Assembly (NCBI GenBank): GCA_040437565.1
Contig: JBDOQK010000004.1
Span: forward strand, 806,001 to 870,000
DNA: 64,000 nt
Origin: Albugo candida
Lineage: Eukaryota
Direction: 5' to 3'
Of the stretch, positions 61,707-64,000 are shown in pieces (positions within the stretch are counted from its first letter, which is position 1; each line of letters starts with the position of its first letter). Under the pieces are notes generated by a model. The model was not told where the DNA came from and made no database searches. It saw only the letters and a program-made list of their open reading frames with translations. Both the position numbers and the translations under genes were made by a program.

Positions 61707-62640
61707 TTACGTGATTGCCTTTTTGCATGAGAGGCTCCTATAAAGCCCGTTTACACAAATCCGTTCTTTCCTTTCCAATGAAGCAAAGTCTGGCGATATA
61801 GAAAGCTCGTCTTTGTGTACGTAGACTTCCCGAAACTTGAAAGTAGAGGCGCTCTGATAGAGTACTTTGGCTGTGGCTCGAACAACAGATCCATTCTCAA
61901 TACTAATAAAGCCAGGAGAAGATTGTGGGAATCCTGTGAGAAGCTTTTCCAATGCTCCTTGACTGTCGCTTGGCACAAGTCCGTATATCACACGAAAGTA
62001 ATTTGAAGTTCTTTGGGCTGTCAGCGCTCTAGCTAGACTCCAAAAGCCAAAGAAGTGATGGCTTGCGCGCTTTCTTTGCATCCACTGCAATAAGATGAAG
62101 CTAGTCCAGATGAAGAATGGAGTAATATGACACCAAGTAATTGCTAAGCTTCCTGAGATCGGTATGCGCGCAAAAATAAAACATTCAGCATTGTTGATTC
62201 TAATGTGTTTTACAAGAATTCTATGTGTGGTAGTAGTTGCGACGAAATTGCACCTTGTAGGGTGCGACTTGTGCCAAGTCATATGTAGGATCTAAGTCGC
62301 TATGATTACTATGTGTATCCGTTAAACAGTCCTGAGAACTTGGACTGAAAGACAATCAAGGCAAGATCGACATATAGATAGCTCCTGTTCAATCCAACGG
62401 AACCAAAGTCGTCGTGTATAGCAAACAGCATCAATACGTCGGAAACGTGACACAATGGATAAAATCTGACCCCCAATGAAATGAAAAGCTTGCGGCTTCT
62501 CTCTTTGCCAGTCAACAGAACTCCCACGCACAATATGAACATGAAACAGGACTCGTACAAAATTACAGCACCCTGCGATTGCGTCTCGACTTGAAAAAGA
62601 AGAAATCCGATCGCAAACATGACAACGCCAAAGTATCATG
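61707..62640 (-). pseudogene. Possible disrupted secreted-protein gene
   Basis: Signal-like YFGVVMFAIGFLLFQVET just downstream of an out-of-frame ATG; two consecutive ORFs in different frames (62309..62620, 61707..62282). Confidence 0.3.
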
Positions 62641-63066
62641 ATTTGAGGCAGAGCCAACCGGTACGTATTTATAAAACTGAAAGAAACAACTAGAAAGGGT
62701 GCCGCAAATTTTCAAATCGGGCATCAATGAGGGATTGCAGCATGAAATGGAGGTGATGGTAGACCAACATCACCGTCAACCACCGTACTGAATCAGAATC
62801 GCAGCACTGACTTTACGATTTACTATTATGGACGACAAAGAAGCATGAGGAGGCTGTCAAAGGATGTAACAATAGCAAGTACCGCCAAAATGTATCGCGG
62901 CGAAAGCAGAAGATACTACAAGTACGTCAAGCTGACAAGAGAAGTGAGCATGTATCCGATATATTAGTGCAAGCGTACTAGGAACCCTTCTCCTAGGAAA
63001 TTGCAGTACTCTTCGTCCGGCGAAGACGAGCATTCAGCAATCCGGAGGTACTCTCTGCCCATTTTA

Positions 63067-64000
63067 TCATTTCTTACAAATCATACTTTTCCACAATTTT
63101 AGGGGGTTGAAAGAGGGAAAATCTGATTTGGAAGTTGACTGCTGCGCATGTTTCGGTGATGACTTTGATTTTTCAAGCCGGACTATAGCCACAGTGTAAT
63201 CCACACGCATTCCATCCGGACTTCTTTCTAGCTCCATACTATAGTGCAATTGCTCAAGAACTGCCTTTCCAAAAACATATTGACTGTCGGTGCTTTTCAT
63301 TACTCTCAATTCGTTAACCTTGATTTCGTGTAAAGACGGAAATTGCACAATTACAAACGTGGCTTTTGTACGTTCGAATCTTCCAAACAAATCAGCTGGT
63401 ATTTCTAGAGCATCCGTATCCAAAGAAAAGTAGTAATCTCTGGCAAACCATAAGCTCTTATTTGTGTCTTTCACGTCACCAAATGACACAGCCACCTTCA
63501 TATCTTGGACCAATTTGATACCATTGTCTACTATTTCACCATTTTTTTCTTCATAGACACGTTCGAATACCATCATGTCACGTGTCCCAGATGAAGGGAC
63601 TCGAGTGACTCGAGTGTTTGAAGAGAACCCCGCCATTGTTTCTTCACACGTCTCGTGATTCTTCTCGTGTAATATAATCATTTCTAATCCATACGATTCA
63701 ATGCACACATTCTTGCAATCTTCCAGCTTCAAGTTGGCTTGGTCGATGTCTTTCAAAATATCGGGCCAAAGTTTGACTTCGTTGTCTTCAACGTATCTAC
63801 ATCGGTCGCCACTCAATGTGACGCGCATACCATTCGCATACGGGCACGTGCATCGAACTTTATTCACGGCCATTGATAACCTAAATAGTCCAAGAATGAT
63901 ACGACTGCGAAATTCTCTCATGTTAAGGGAAATGGGCTGTGTTGTACGGAGTAAATACCAAAATGATACAAAGATTTCCAAAACTTGGCTCAAGTATTTT
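63067..64000 (-). CDS. Intronless hypothetical protein, possibly secreted; 5' end lies beyond the window
   Basis: Frame is open to the window edge, at least 310 aa; hydrophobic N-terminal segment VLEIFVSFWYLL; several Cys; no family recognised. Confidence 0.6.
   Translation of the reverse strand, partial: KYLSQVLEIFVSFWYLLRTTQPISLNMREFRSRIILGLFRLSMAVNKVRCTCPYANGMRVTLSGDRCRYVEDNEVKLWPDILKDIDQANLKLEDCKNVCIESYGLEMIILHEKNHETCEETMAGFSSNTRVTRVPSSGTRDMMVFERVYEEKNGEIVDNGIKLVQDMKVAVSFGDVKDTNKSLWFARDYYFSLDTDALEIPADLFGRFERTKATFVIVQFPSLHEIKVNELRVMKSTDSQYVFGKAVLEQLHYSMELERSPDGMRVDYTVAIVRLEKSKSSPKHAQQSTSKSDFPSFNPLKLWKSMICKK

Noticed and set aside
1-64000. tRNA, rRNA or snoRNA genes
   Set aside because: None recognised by eye; tRNAscan-SE and Infernal/Rfam would be needed to exclude them.

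Overview
This window is eukaryotic, gene-dense oomycete DNA. It has short GT-AG introns of about 50 nt, CxxHGGG-repeat and TKL kinase families, and flagellar genes; the compact layout suggests an Albugo-like species, which is inference only. About 30 protein-coding genes are supported. They include two membrane-anchored TKL pseudokinases, a SHOC1/Zip2-like meiotic crossover protein, a PPR-like protein, an inositol polyphosphate kinase, an amino-acid transporter, a secreted tandem CBM25/26-like protein, an ankyrin-FYVE protein, a TIS11-type CCCH protein, an MFS transporter and a bHLH-PAS factor. A microtubule/cilium-rich block follows (RSP3, CASC1/DNAI7, CEP19-like, TPR, MIS12-like, TOG+CAP-Gly, CCT-beta), plus COA3, a PX protein, a BK/Slo K+ channel, an SMS/IPC-synthase-family enzyme, Roadblock/LC7, PIG-U, an HHHC-variant DHHC protein and importin-beta. 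Two stretches are gene-sparse: about 9-17.5 kb, holding a decayed L1-type LINE, and about 61-64 kb, holding possible secreted-effector relics. Five of the eight 100-N gaps are flanked by apparently identical duplications that are most likely assembly artefacts. All family calls come from motifs recognised by eye; no searches were run, and exon boundaries are manual predictions.
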